From: Patescibacteria group bacterium | GTDB lineage: Bacteria > Patescibacteriota > Patescibacteriia > JAXHNJ01 | Assembly: GCA_041649715.1 (NCBI GenBank) | Contig: JBAZMP010000002.1 | Location: 4,964 to 68,963, forward strand | Reading direction: 5' to 3' | Length of the DNA: 64,000 nt | Part shown: one piece after another, positions 37,912 to 46,416 of the stretch | Position numbering within the stretch: position 1 is the stretch's first letter | Layout: every line of letters begins with the position of its first letter | Position numbers and translations under genes: made by a program | Notes under the pieces: model-generated | What the model was told of the DNA's origin: nothing | Seen by the model: the letters and a program-made list of their open reading frames with translations, nothing else | Databases searched by the model: none

Positions 37912-38277
37912 TTAGGTAGTGACATTCGTAGTCGTGTTGACGACGAAGATGACAATGGCCCAGGCGAGCAAGATGATAATTAAACCAATCACAGCGGCTG
38001 AAATGACCTTTTTGGCCTTTTCAATCTTTTCTTCATTGCCGGCGGCGGTCATCCATTGGAAACCACCAATGATGATCATAATGACAGCGATTAAAGCGAG
38101 TAAGCCCAAAACCCATTGAAGGATGTTGATAACGCTTTGTTTCAGATCAGCGGTGCCTAAGCCCAGAGTGCCACCGACATTCTCAATGGAGAGCGGCGTT
38201 TGGGCCATGGCGACAAACGGCAAAGCGAAAGCAAGGACCGTCGTGGCGACTAATGCGATTTTTTTCATAGTTTTCAC
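37912..38277 (-). CDS. Small exported protein with VirB2/TrbC-like architecture (T4SS-pilin-like).
   Basis: MKKIALVATTVLAFALPFVAMA signal, then helix ILQWVLGLLALIAVIMIIIGGFQW, loop MTAAGNEEKIEKAKK, helix VISAAVIGLIIILLAWAIVIFVV. GGGGGTG Shine-Dalgarno site upstream. Confidence 0.45.
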   Translation of the reverse strand: MKTMKKIALVATTVLAFALPFVAMAQTPLSIENVGGTLGLGTADLKQSVINILQWVLGLLALIAVIMIIIGGFQWMTAAGNEEKIEKAKKVISAAVIGLIIILLAWAIVIFVVNTTTNVTT

Positions 38278-38319
38278 CCCCTTTCGGTAAAAGATATATT
38301 TTATTGTTTTTTACTTTTA

Positions 38320-38676
38320 CTAGACGGTGACGTCTCTGGTCGTATTGACCACGAAAATAATGATCGCCCAGGCGAGCAAGATGATAATGATGCCAATCAC
38401 TGCGCCAGAAATCATTTTCTTGGCCTTATCGATCTTGTCTTCATTGCCGGCGGCGGTCATCCACATAAAGCCCGCGATAACGAGTATGACCACGGCGATC
38501 AGGCCGAGCAGGCCCAAAATCCATTGAAGGATGTTGATAACGCTGGCCTTCAGATCAGCGGTGCCTAAGCCCAGGGTGCCGCCGATATTCTCAATGGAGA
38601 GCGGCGTTTGGGCCATGGCGACAAACGGCAAAGCGAAAGCAAGGACCGTCGTGGCGACTAATGCGATTTTTTTCAT
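38320..38676 (-). CDS. Tandem paralog of 37912..38277.
   Basis: About 85% identical protein with the same architecture. Confidence 0.45.
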   Translation of the reverse strand: MKKIALVATTVLAFALPFVAMAQTPLSIENIGGTLGLGTADLKASVINILQWILGLLGLIAVVILVIAGFMWMTAAGNEDKIDKAKKMISGAVIGIIIILLAWAIIIFVVNTTRDVTV

Positions 38677-38762
38677 AGTTTTTTGCTTTTTAGTTAGTTA
38701 ATTAAACGCTTCCTCCTTCTTAATTAAATTATCATAACACAGAATAAAAAAATTGTCAAATT

Positions 38763-39095
38763 CTAGCTGGTGGCGCTGGTAAAAATCTGCAATACATAGT
38801 TAAGGAAGGCCCAGCTGCCTAAGATAACAACAATTCCAATGGTCGCCCAGACTAAAGTATCTTTGCCTTTTTTGACCCGTTCCGGATTGCCGCCCGAGCC
38901 CAAAATTTGGATGCCGCCCCAGATGAACATCGCCAGGGCAAAAATGGCGACCAGACCGAGAATGATGCGGATCAAATTCTCTAAGAGGCAGTTCGCCGTG
39001 TCGCAGGACAGCGGATTTTCCAATTTGACGGCGTAGCAGTCCAGTGGCAAAACAAAGGCCAAGAGGATGAAAATAACAATGAGTTTTGTTTTCAT
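38763..39095 (-). CDS. Third pilin-like protein.
   Basis: Signal peptide; GGIQILGSGGNPERVKKGKDTLVWATIGIVVILGSWAFLNYV. Confidence 0.4.
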   Translation of the reverse strand: MKTKLIVIFILLAFVLPLDCYAVKLENPLSCDTANCLLENLIRIILGLVAIFALAMFIWGGIQILGSGGNPERVKKGKDTLVWATIGIVVILGSWAFLNYVLQIFTSATS

Positions 39096-39114
39096 AAAAT
39101 TATTTATATAATTT

Positions 39115-40572
39115 TTATAAAGGATAAGAGGCGTTGCAATATTTGCCGTCTATGTCACCGCTTGTCTGAGAATTACTCGGTCTCTCGTTATAATAGAATT
39201 CTGCGCCCGAGATATCATTACATTTACTCCGCGGCATCCAGTTGCAGCTGTAGTTAGTCGCGTCTTTTTGTTTGACGCAGGTGCCATAATTGCACGTTTC
39301 TAAATCATCTTTTACGTTAGTTGTCATCTGTATGCTTGTATAGGAGCTGCCAGTCGGGGTATAGCCAGCGGGGCAAACAAGTCTTTGTATCAAACATTCA
39401 TTGTTACTCCGAACACAAAGACGAAAAAGACAACTAGGGATGTCAAGACAGGATGTTCCGGCACTAAATGTTTGCCCGGCTAAAGTGCATTTTGAACGAG
39501 TGGTCATCGTGCACTCTGTTGTGAGAAGAGATACGTCAGGAATGCAACAGCCATAGTCGCAGGCGCCGGTATTCAAACACTTAGAACCTTCAGCGTGATA
39601 AGAAGCATTGGCGCCTTTTGTCCGGCCGGCGCAAGTACTGTCAGTCGAATCATAACAGCTGCATTCAGGGCAGATGGTTCTGTTTGGGACACAACAAGTC
39701 GTGGGAGCAAGGTCGCCCGGTTGGGGCAGGCCTTTCAATAAATCGCCTGACCCGGCCAGGCACATGCCGCCGGCCTCGATGGTCGCCCAGGTGGCATCAT
39801 CAACGATGCCCGTCGGTTTTAAGTCAGAACCGAGTATGCTATTCGCCAACTGAAAGCTTGTTACGCATTCTTTGGTTTGTTCGCCAAAACATCCGTCGAC
39901 ATCACCGCAAGCGCAATCACCGCGGCCATTTAAAGTTTTTTGCAGGCTCTGCACATATCGGTCAGTGGCTGAATTTTTAATGCCGCCGCAGCCGTATTGA
40001 AGGGCGTTCCTGGCGCAGTCTTTGTTCATGGTCTGATGGCAATCGGTGCCTTGCCACCAGAGCTGGCCGAAGATTTGACCCTGTTTTTCCGGGCCGAGCA
40101 GGGCGCCGACGGCAAAATTGATGATCAGCCAGGCGCCCAGGACGATGAGCATGCCGGTGACCGCCCCCTTGATAGTGGCCGTAGATTTTTGGATTTTTTC
40201 CTGGCTGCCGGCGGCCAAAATATAGCCAAAAGCCCCCCAGATAAAGAAAAAGAGGGTGACCAGGGCGACGGCAGTGATGCCGATACTGAAGCCATTGGCC
40301 AGCAACGCGACAAAATCCTCAAACCCGCACGGTCTGTTGATGTAGGTGCCAGAAATTTTGCCATTATCGCTTTCGCTGTAATCGCTGGCTAGGACGCATT
40401 CTTTTGTTGTGGCGTTTTCCTGGCAAGGGATCTTGCCGCCTGTTTGCACCTGGTAGGTGGTTTGGTCGCAATCCGGCAAAAGCTTGGGGAGTGTTAAGGC
40501 CCGGCCCTTGAGGGGGAGTAAAATCGCCAGTATGATAAGCCCAAATAAATGTAATTTAAGGTATTTTCTCAT
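39115..40572 (-). CDS. Pilin-like N-terminal two-helix anchor fused to a peptidoglycan-binding-like segment and a Cys-rich ectodomain of about 300 aa.
   Basis: Anchor LVTLFFFIWGAFGYILAAGSQEKIQKSTATIKGAVTGMLIVLGAWLIINFAV. A PG_binding_1-like segment VQSLQKTLNGRG…DGCFGEQTKECVTSFQ…GIVDDATWATI. About 30 Cys residues after position 150. Confidence 0.4.
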   Translation of the reverse strand: MRKYLKLHLFGLIILAILLPLKGRALTLPKLLPDCDQTTYQVQTGGKIPCQENATTKECVLASDYSESDNGKISGTYINRPCGFEDFVALLANGFSIGITAVALVTLFFFIWGAFGYILAAGSQEKIQKSTATIKGAVTGMLIVLGAWLIINFAVGALLGPEKQGQIFGQLWWQGTDCHQTMNKDCARNALQYGCGGIKNSATDRYVQSLQKTLNGRGDCACGDVDGCFGEQTKECVTSFQLANSILGSDLKPTGIVDDATWATIEAGGMCLAGSGDLLKGLPQPGDLAPTTCCVPNRTICPECSCYDSTDSTCAGRTKGANASYHAEGSKCLNTGACDYGCCIPDVSLLTTECTMTTRSKCTLAGQTFSAGTSCLDIPSCLFRLCVRSNNECLIQRLVCPAGYTPTGSSYTSIQMTTNVKDDLETCNYGTCVKQKDATNYSCNWMPRSKCNDISGAEFYYNERPSNSQTSGDIDGKYCNASYPL

Positions 40573-40581
40573 TTTAATATA

Positions 40582-41979
40582 TTATAGAGTTTTTTCGATT
40601 TTTTGAGCGGCCAAATTGATGGCCTGGCCAAGGTCGGCTTCTTCCAAGGCGACGGAATCGATCATTTCTTTAAAATAGTCCTTGGCAAGGGAGGCGTCGC
40701 GACCCTTATACCAGCTTTGGGCGGTCAGTGCTTGGTTGGCCCAGACCTGAAGATCGGGATTTTTGATCTGTTCCTGGAGGACAGATTTCAGCGGCGAGAT
40801 TTTGCCGGTGGTGGCCACGTAGGTAATGTTTCTTTTTTCCCGGGCGAGGACCTGGATAAAATCCCAGGCTTCATTCGGCGCTTTGGTTTTTTTCGCCACG
40901 GTTTCCACCCAATAACCGCCGTAGTTGATTTGGACAGGATTGCCGGCTGGATTCAGCACTCTGTCCGTGCCGTCGATATTGATGTGGAATATTTCTGTAA
41001 TGCCTAAGTTTAAGCCCGGGGCGCCTGCCTGTATCAGTTCTTTCTCGCTCAAGTAGCCCAGATAGTAAGCGGATTTTCCGCTTATAAAAGCGTCCAAGCT
41101 TTCCGGTTGTTTGCTGTTCCAGGAGTAAGTTTCCTTGTTTAGATCGGTAAAACCGGTATAAAAATCCAGGGCTCGGACACCCAGGTCGCCGGCTTCAACA
41201 CCCTGGCTGAAAGAAACCTTTTTTCCGTCGGCGGTAAGCATTTGTGTGCCGTTCTGCATCATGATAAGGGAAAGAATGTCAAAATAGTTTTTGATGTTCG
41301 AAGAAAGGCCTAAGGCGATGCAGGACTGTAAAATATTATTCTGCTGATCAAGAAGGGTCAGTTTTGAGCATTGAATGACCAGTTCCTGCCAGGTTTTGGC
41401 CGGGGCGGGCAGGTGAGCATTGTTCAGCAGGTCTTCGTTATAATAAAGCCCAAGAGTGTCGACGCTATAGGGCAGGCCGTAAATTTTGGCCAGGCCGCTT
41501 GAATCAGTCAAGACCACGTCTTTTTGGACCACATCGATGTAATTGCTGCTCAACTCAGCCAAATTAATTGAAGCGCTGGTTGCATATTTTACGTTGACTG
41601 ATTGCCCTATAATGTTTTTTTTAGTCTCGTACCAAGCGACTCTTGTTTGGTTGGGCAGCGGCAGAATTATATCCTGGTATTTTTTAAGCCAGGTATTAGG
41701 CAAAGAAAAAATATCGGGACCGGCATCCCTCGCCAGGGCGTTGATCAGATTCTTTTCATAATCCTCAAGCTTGACTTTGACAAAATTAAATTTTACATAA
41801 GGGTGGACCGCCTGATAGGCTTGGACGACAGCGGCGTAGTCTGTCGGGTCGTCTTCGACAATCCAGTAATTGAGAGTGACGGATTTGGGCGTAACTTTAT
41901 TCCCGCGGTATATAAAAGCAAGCGCCAGCGGGGCGACGATGGCGAGAAAGAGGGCGCCGATTATTAAGTATTTTCTCAT
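40582..41979 (-). CDS. Extracellular solute-binding protein (ABC transporter family-1, sugar-type); orphan.
   Basis: N-terminal anchor plus SBP_bac_1-like features. No permease or ATPase genes are adjacent. Confidence 0.65.
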   Translation of the reverse strand: MRKYLIIGALFLAIVAPLALAFIYRGNKVTPKSVTLNYWIVEDDPTDYAAVVQAYQAVHPYVKFNFVKVKLEDYEKNLINALARDAGPDIFSLPNTWLKKYQDIILPLPNQTRVAWYETKKNIIGQSVNVKYATSASINLAELSSNYIDVVQKDVVLTDSSGLAKIYGLPYSVDTLGLYYNEDLLNNAHLPAPAKTWQELVIQCSKLTLLDQQNNILQSCIALGLSSNIKNYFDILSLIMMQNGTQMLTADGKKVSFSQGVEAGDLGVRALDFYTGFTDLNKETYSWNSKQPESLDAFISGKSAYYLGYLSEKELIQAGAPGLNLGITEIFHINIDGTDRVLNPAGNPVQINYGGYWVETVAKKTKAPNEAWDFIQVLAREKRNITYVATTGKISPLKSVLQEQIKNPDLQVWANQALTAQSWYKGRDASLAKDYFKEMIDSVALEEADLGQAINLAAQKIEKTL

Positions 41980-41980
41980 T

Positions 41981-42853
41981 TTACTTTATTTTTAAGTTTT
42001 TTAGATATTCGCGGAAAGGTTTTTTTATTTCCGAGTGTTTCAGGGCGAATTCAACGTTGGCACGCAAATAACCCAGCTTGCTGCCGGTATCGTAGTAAGT
42101 GGCGTTTTTTATCAGGCAAGCCATCACTTTTTCTTGGCGGGCAAGCGCATTTATGGCGTCGACCAGCCAGACTTCTCCGTTTTTTCCAGGTTTTAGCTTT
42201 TCAAGATATTTGTATATCGCGGGGGTAAGGAGGTAGGCGCCATGGGTGGCCAGCGTGGAGGGGGCATTCTTGGGGGAGGGCTTCTCGACAATCTCTTGGA
42301 TCTGGTAGACATTGCCTTTGACCTTTTTGACCTTGGCAATGCCGTATTTAGAAACTTCTTCGGGCCTGACTTTTATAGCCGAAATAACCGAACACTTGTA
42401 TTTATTATAAACCGCCAGCATTTGCTTTAAACGGGGCGGGTTAGCATAGATGAATTCATCGCCCCAAATGACGATAAAAGGATCGTTGCCCACCAGATGT
42501 TTGACGTTTAGAACCGGCGTGCCGTTGCCGTAGGTGCCTTTCTGGCGGACATAGATAAAATTGGCCAGATCAGCGATGCGGCGCATTTCTTTCGCCGCCT
42601 TTTTCTTGCCGGATTCAATGAGCCGTTTTTCCAGCTCAAAGGGATAGTCGAAGTGGTCCTCAATAGATCTTTTTTGCCAGCCGGTGACGATGATGATGTC
42701 TTTGATCCCTGAAACCGCCAGTTCTTCCACCACGTACTGGATTATCGGCTTATCCACGACCGGCAACATTTCTTTCGGCTGGGCTTTAGTGGCCGGCAGA
42801 AAACGGGTGCCCAGGCCCGCGGCGGGAATAACCGCTTTGGTGATTTTTTTCAT
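41981..42853 (-). CDS. galU: UTP--glucose-1-phosphate uridylyltransferase.
   Basis: N-terminal KAVIPAAGLGTRFLPATKAQPKEMLPVVDKP and a size of 290 aa. Confidence 0.85.
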   Translation of the reverse strand: MKKITKAVIPAAGLGTRFLPATKAQPKEMLPVVDKPIIQYVVEELAVSGIKDIIIVTGWQKRSIEDHFDYPFELEKRLIESGKKKAAKEMRRIADLANFIYVRQKGTYGNGTPVLNVKHLVGNDPFIVIWGDEFIYANPPRLKQMLAVYNKYKCSVISAIKVRPEEVSKYGIAKVKKVKGNVYQIQEIVEKPSPKNAPSTLATHGAYLLTPAIYKYLEKLKPGKNGEVWLVDAINALARQEKVMACLIKNATYYDTGSKLGYLRANVEFALKHSEIKKPFREYLKNLKIK

Positions 42854-42945
42854 GACGAGTATTATTAAAATCCGCCTTTATTATAGCAGATATTGGCGAT
42901 TTTGTAAAATAAATGAGGAAGCTTGGCTTATTCTCTGCGGTTTTT

Positions 42946-43158
42946 TTATTTTTCTAATTTTTCCTTTCTGTTTTTCAGGGCTTCAAGCATTTCCTCCAAA
43001 TCTGGAATCCTGTTCAAATGGATATTGTCATTTTCAATTTTGGCTGTTTCTGGGTCAGCTTGAGTTTGTTCAATCGCATTTTGAACTTCATCCACGGTCT
43101 GCAAGCTTTCAACAATGGATAAGACCGCTGGCGGATAAATTGATTTTTCGTTTTCCAT
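42946..43158 (-). CDS. Small acidic hypothetical protein.
   Basis: 70-aa ORF. Confidence 0.3.
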   Translation of the reverse strand: MENEKSIYPPAVLSIVESLQTVDEVQNAIEQTQADPETAKIENDNIHLNRIPDLEEMLEALKNRKEKLEK

Positions 43159-43196
43159 ATTTTTTTATCTCCGCATATTATATAATGACCTCAAAT

Positions 43197-44114
43197 TCAT
43201 TTTCCCGTGATACTGGTATTATCGCCCCTATTTTCAATAATATCAACAATTCTTTGCCCATAGTAAGGAGCTATTTTTCTTGAGAAAGTTATATTAGGGT
43301 GCGAGTCATCCGGCCCGGCCGCGTATTCATTTTTTATGTATAACTGACCTTCTGTTTCCAGGGCGTAGAAATCCCAAATATAAATATTGTCGTTTTTTTC
43401 ATCCCATTCATTTTTGACCCAATCAAAGAATTCTTTGGCTCGCGCCGCGTTTTCTTCGCTTATTTCTCCCGCCACTTGAGCAGCGCCGGTCCAGACGAGA
43501 AATTTATTATTGGGAAATTCACGCATTTTATCCTTTAGGGCCCGGTACTGCAGTTTGTAGTTCTCAAGTGTTTTTTTTGGAGATGAAATGTCTGGGCTCC
43601 CCGTGTTTTCCTCGATATCGCTGACCGGGAAACAGTGTTTAAAAATTATCAGATCATATTGTTCCGTCAATATTTCCAAAGTCGGCTCTTCTTTGAAGTA
43701 ATTGTTGCCGGCATGATTGACCCAGATATTCCAATAATCATAAGGATAATTTTCCCACCCATAGGGTGAGTCTTTGGGAAAATTCTGCTCGCTGATCTGA
43801 TAAGCCGTGTTGTTTTTTTGATTGTAATCCGTAAACCAATCAGCCACGCCGCCGTTCCAGATATTCTCGCCGGTGGAGTGGTGGAAAAAAATAATTTCGA
43901 CCTCTTTATTTATAGCCGCAGTTTTATTAAAATTATCGCTATTCTGACTTTGATTGCTTATGGTCGCATTTTTGGTCTCCGCGGCACTTTGCGTGTTATT
44001 TTGTTTATTATTTCTAAAGATAAGAAATCCCGCCAGGCCCAGTGTAATAGCCGCCACGATAATTACTATTATTAATTTATTAGACATACCGCCTGAATTT
44101 ATTAAATTTTTCAC
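43197..44114 (-). CDS. Hypothetical exported protein (N-terminal anchor, Asn/Gln-rich linker, about 220-aa domain).
   Basis: TM segment IIVIIVAAITLGLAGFLIF. Domain with FHHSTGENIWNGG. No confident family assignment. Confidence 0.4.
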   Translation of the reverse strand: MKNLINSGGMSNKLIIVIIVAAITLGLAGFLIFRNNKQNNTQSAAETKNATISNQSQNSDNFNKTAAINKEVEIIFFHHSTGENIWNGGVADWFTDYNQKNNTAYQISEQNFPKDSPYGWENYPYDYWNIWVNHAGNNYFKEEPTLEILTEQYDLIIFKHCFPVSDIEENTGSPDISSPKKTLENYKLQYRALKDKMREFPNNKFLVWTGAAQVAGEISEENAARAKEFFDWVKNEWDEKNDNIYIWDFYALETEGQLYIKNEYAAGPDDSHPNITFSRKIAPYYGQRIVDIIENRGDNTSITGK

Positions 44115-44392
44115 TTTTTATTCTTAAGCCAAAAATTTTTGAAAAACGAGAGAGTGAGGTTGGAAAGAACAAAGGCCAAGGCCGGGACAATGGCGTTTAC
44201 AAAAGGGTTCGGCAGCCGGGAAAAATACATAAAAATCACGATAATTAGGTAGGTAAGAATAAAAATTATTATTTTTCTGATCCAACTGGTTTCCCAGGCT
44301 TTGTCTAGTTCCACACGTCTGTTCCGTTCTTTTATTGTTCTTATTTCTTTCTCTATTTGTTCATTTGAAAGCATATTATTTATCCCACTCAT
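44111..44392 (-). CDS. Small two-helix membrane protein.
   Basis: 93 aa. Its stop overlaps the downstream start. Confidence 0.3.
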   Translation of the reverse strand: MSGINNMLSNEQIEKEIRTIKERNRRVELDKAWETSWIRKIIIFILTYLIIVIFMYFSRLPNPFVNAIVPALAFVLSNLTLSFFKNFWLKNKK

Positions 44393-44858
44393 ATAGGTGA
44401 GTTTTCTTCCGGAGTTTAAGTTTATTAATTTCGCATTTAAAGCACAAACCGTTGTGGCAGCAGATTAATTCGCCGCATTTCGGACAGGCCCATTTTTTCT
44501 TTTGCCAGGCCAGGAATTTTTTCAGACCGTATTTCTTTATATATTTGTTATTTTCAATCATGCTCATGTGGTATTTTTTCGTATAGCGGTTATCCAGCCT
44601 TTTTAGTACTCGGCAGGGCATTTTTTTGCATTCATAACAGGCGTCAATTTTTTTGTTTTTATAAAAAGAACATTTTTTCATGATATGACCGCAGAACTTT
44701 TTTTTGATCCGGCAGCCGGGGCAATAAGAGATCTTTACCCCCTTTTTCTTAGTATTATTAGCCATAGCTAAGTACCAGGCGCAAAGAGAACAGTTCATGC
44801 CGCAAGGGGAGATGAGAAGAGGGGTTTTCATATTTCCATTATACCAAAAAAGCGGCAA
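44376..44858 (-). CDS. Cys-rich, probably zinc-binding protein (DUF3795-like).
   Basis: More than 20 Cys residues in CxxC/CxxxC pairs within 160 aa. Confidence 0.4.
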   Translation of the reverse strand: MPLFWYNGNMKTPLLISPCGMNCSLCAWYLAMANNTKKKGVKISYCPGCRIKKKFCGHIMKKCSFYKNKKIDACYECKKMPCRVLKRLDNRYTKKYHMSMIENNKYIKKYGLKKFLAWQKKKWACPKCGELICCHNGLCFKCEINKLKLRKKTHLYEWDK

Positions 44859-44913
44859 AAGAGCTTATTGGCCACGAGTGATTTGTTAAACAATTGATAT
44901 AATGAATTTAATT

Positions 44914-45132
44914 TTATTCTAACTTCCCCACCACCGGGTATTTGGTAATGAAGCTTTGGTCGTGTTGGCCGTGAAATTCCGCCGATAAATCGCGGCCGGC
45001 TTGATGGGAATTGTGGTCGCCGTATTCAAAAATATCGGTTACGTCATACACAACACCATCAACGGCGACGTAAGCCGGCCGGCCGTCCCGGCCGTCATTT
45101 TCGGCCAATTCCCCTGAAGTAAATGTTTTCAT
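44914..45132 (-). CDS. Small cytochrome b5-like/MAPR-like heme/steroid-binding-domain protein.
   Basis: LAENDGRDGRPAYVAVDGVVYDVT…AGRDLSAEF resembles the cyt-b5-like domain that lacks the His-Pro-Gly-Gly heme ligands. Confidence 0.45.
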   Translation of the reverse strand: MKTFTSGELAENDGRDGRPAYVAVDGVVYDVTDIFEYGDHNSHQAGRDLSAEFHGQHDQSFITKYPVVGKLE

Positions 45133-45139
45133 ATTTATA

Positions 45140-45844
45140 CTAATTAATTATTTGTCCAACTACCGGATATTTGGTGATGGAACTTTTATTATGTTGGCCG
45201 TGAAATTCCGCCGATAAATCGCGGCCGGCCAGATGGGAAAAGTGCGTGCCGCTGAAAAAAACCGAGGTGACGTCATAGACCAGGCCGTCCACGGCCACGT
45301 AAGCGGGCCGGCCGCTCTGACCGTTGTATCGGGCAAGTTCGGTCAGGGTGAAAGTCTTTATGACGTTCTGATTGGTATTCTGATTGATTACGACCTGCCC
45401 ACTGGCATTATTATTTTGTCCGGAATCAGTATTTACGATAAGATTGTCTTCGTCATCATTTTCTTCGCCGTTGTCTTCTTGGTTGATGATAACATCGGTA
45501 TTTGTGTTAAGATTTACGCTTTCATCTGCACCCGGTGCTTTTCTGGCATAGAATTTATCCGCCCATATGAAGAAAGAAATAAAAATCAGATAAAATAATA
45601 AAAGAATAGTTTTTCCGGAAGCGTGCCAAAACCGCCAGCGCTTGAAAGCCAGGTGGATGGCAAAACTGGTGTGGCAGACAAAAGCGACCAAAATAATATA
45701 GCTTAGCCAATCCAAATGCATTTTGGTCGCGAAATCGGCGCTGATAATGCCTTTAGTCAGGCCAAAGCCGCTGATGAAATACAAAAGCAGACAGATAAAA
45801 AGCAGCCAGGCGGCATAGCGGTCAATTTTAATTAGATATTTCAT
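45140..45844 (-). CDS. Membrane-anchored protein with a C-terminal cytochrome b5-like/MAPR-like domain (paralog of 44914..45132).
   Basis: Three N-terminal TM helices. C-terminal LARYNGQSGRPAYVAVDGLVYDVT…AGRDLSAEFHGQH. Confidence 0.45.
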   Translation of the reverse strand: MKYLIKIDRYAAWLLFICLLLYFISGFGLTKGIISADFATKMHLDWLSYIILVAFVCHTSFAIHLAFKRWRFWHASGKTILLLFYLIFISFFIWADKFYARKAPGADESVNLNTNTDVIINQEDNGEENDDEDNLIVNTDSGQNNNASGQVVINQNTNQNVIKTFTLTELARYNGQSGRPAYVAVDGLVYDVTSVFFSGTHFSHLAGRDLSAEFHGQHNKSSITKYPVVGQIIN

Positions 45845-45846
45845 AA

Positions 45847-46386
45847 TTATTTACTTTGAAAAATGCCGTAAGTGTTATCGATATTATCTTCAAATAACGG
45901 GAGATGCGGTGGTTTGAAGGTGAAAAAAATAAAAACAAATATCAGAATTAATAGTGAAAAAGCCGGAATGATTCTATTCTTGGGCTGATTTTCCCGCGAC
46001 AATATTTTATAACATACATATTTTCCAATAACAACCGGCACCACAAAAGTCAGTAAGATATCCGCCCATAAGGTATTGAAGCCGACAATGCCAGTGTAGG
46101 TGTAGAAAAAGCCGGTGATTAAGAATATAACCAGCCAGATTTCCGCCGCTTTGGCGCAAAGCAGGTTTTTCCCGGATCGCCGCAAAAAATACCATTCTAC
46201 TAAAGCGAAAAGAAGAATGGGAATTAAGGCCAATTTCAGATGTTCCCACGTGCTTTCATTTACCGGCGTCAAAGCGCCGACGATTTTATTGTTGCCTGAC
46301 CAGCCGTAGACAAAGTGAAAAAGAGAGCCGAAGATAGTGACAAAGAAAGCGCCGATAATTGAGAGTTTTAGAATGGTTTTGCTCAT
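45847..46386 (-). CDS. Hypothetical polytopic membrane protein.
   Basis: 179 aa with 5 hydrophobic segments. Confidence 0.35.
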   Translation of the reverse strand: MSKTILKLSIIGAFFVTIFGSLFHFVYGWSGNNKIVGALTPVNESTWEHLKLALIPILLFALVEWYFLRRSGKNLLCAKAAEIWLVIFLITGFFYTYTGIVGFNTLWADILLTFVVPVVIGKYVCYKILSRENQPKNRIIPAFSLLILIFVFIFFTFKPPHLPLFEDNIDNTYGIFQSK

Positions 46387-46416
46387 ATAGTAGTCTGGAT
46401 TATAACCTATATTATA

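Larger units (their letters stand above)
37912..38680. repeat. Tandem ~408-bp gene duplication with a near-identical 5' segment.
   Basis: 38160-38272 vs 38568-38680 are nearly identical at the DNA level. Confidence 0.6.
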
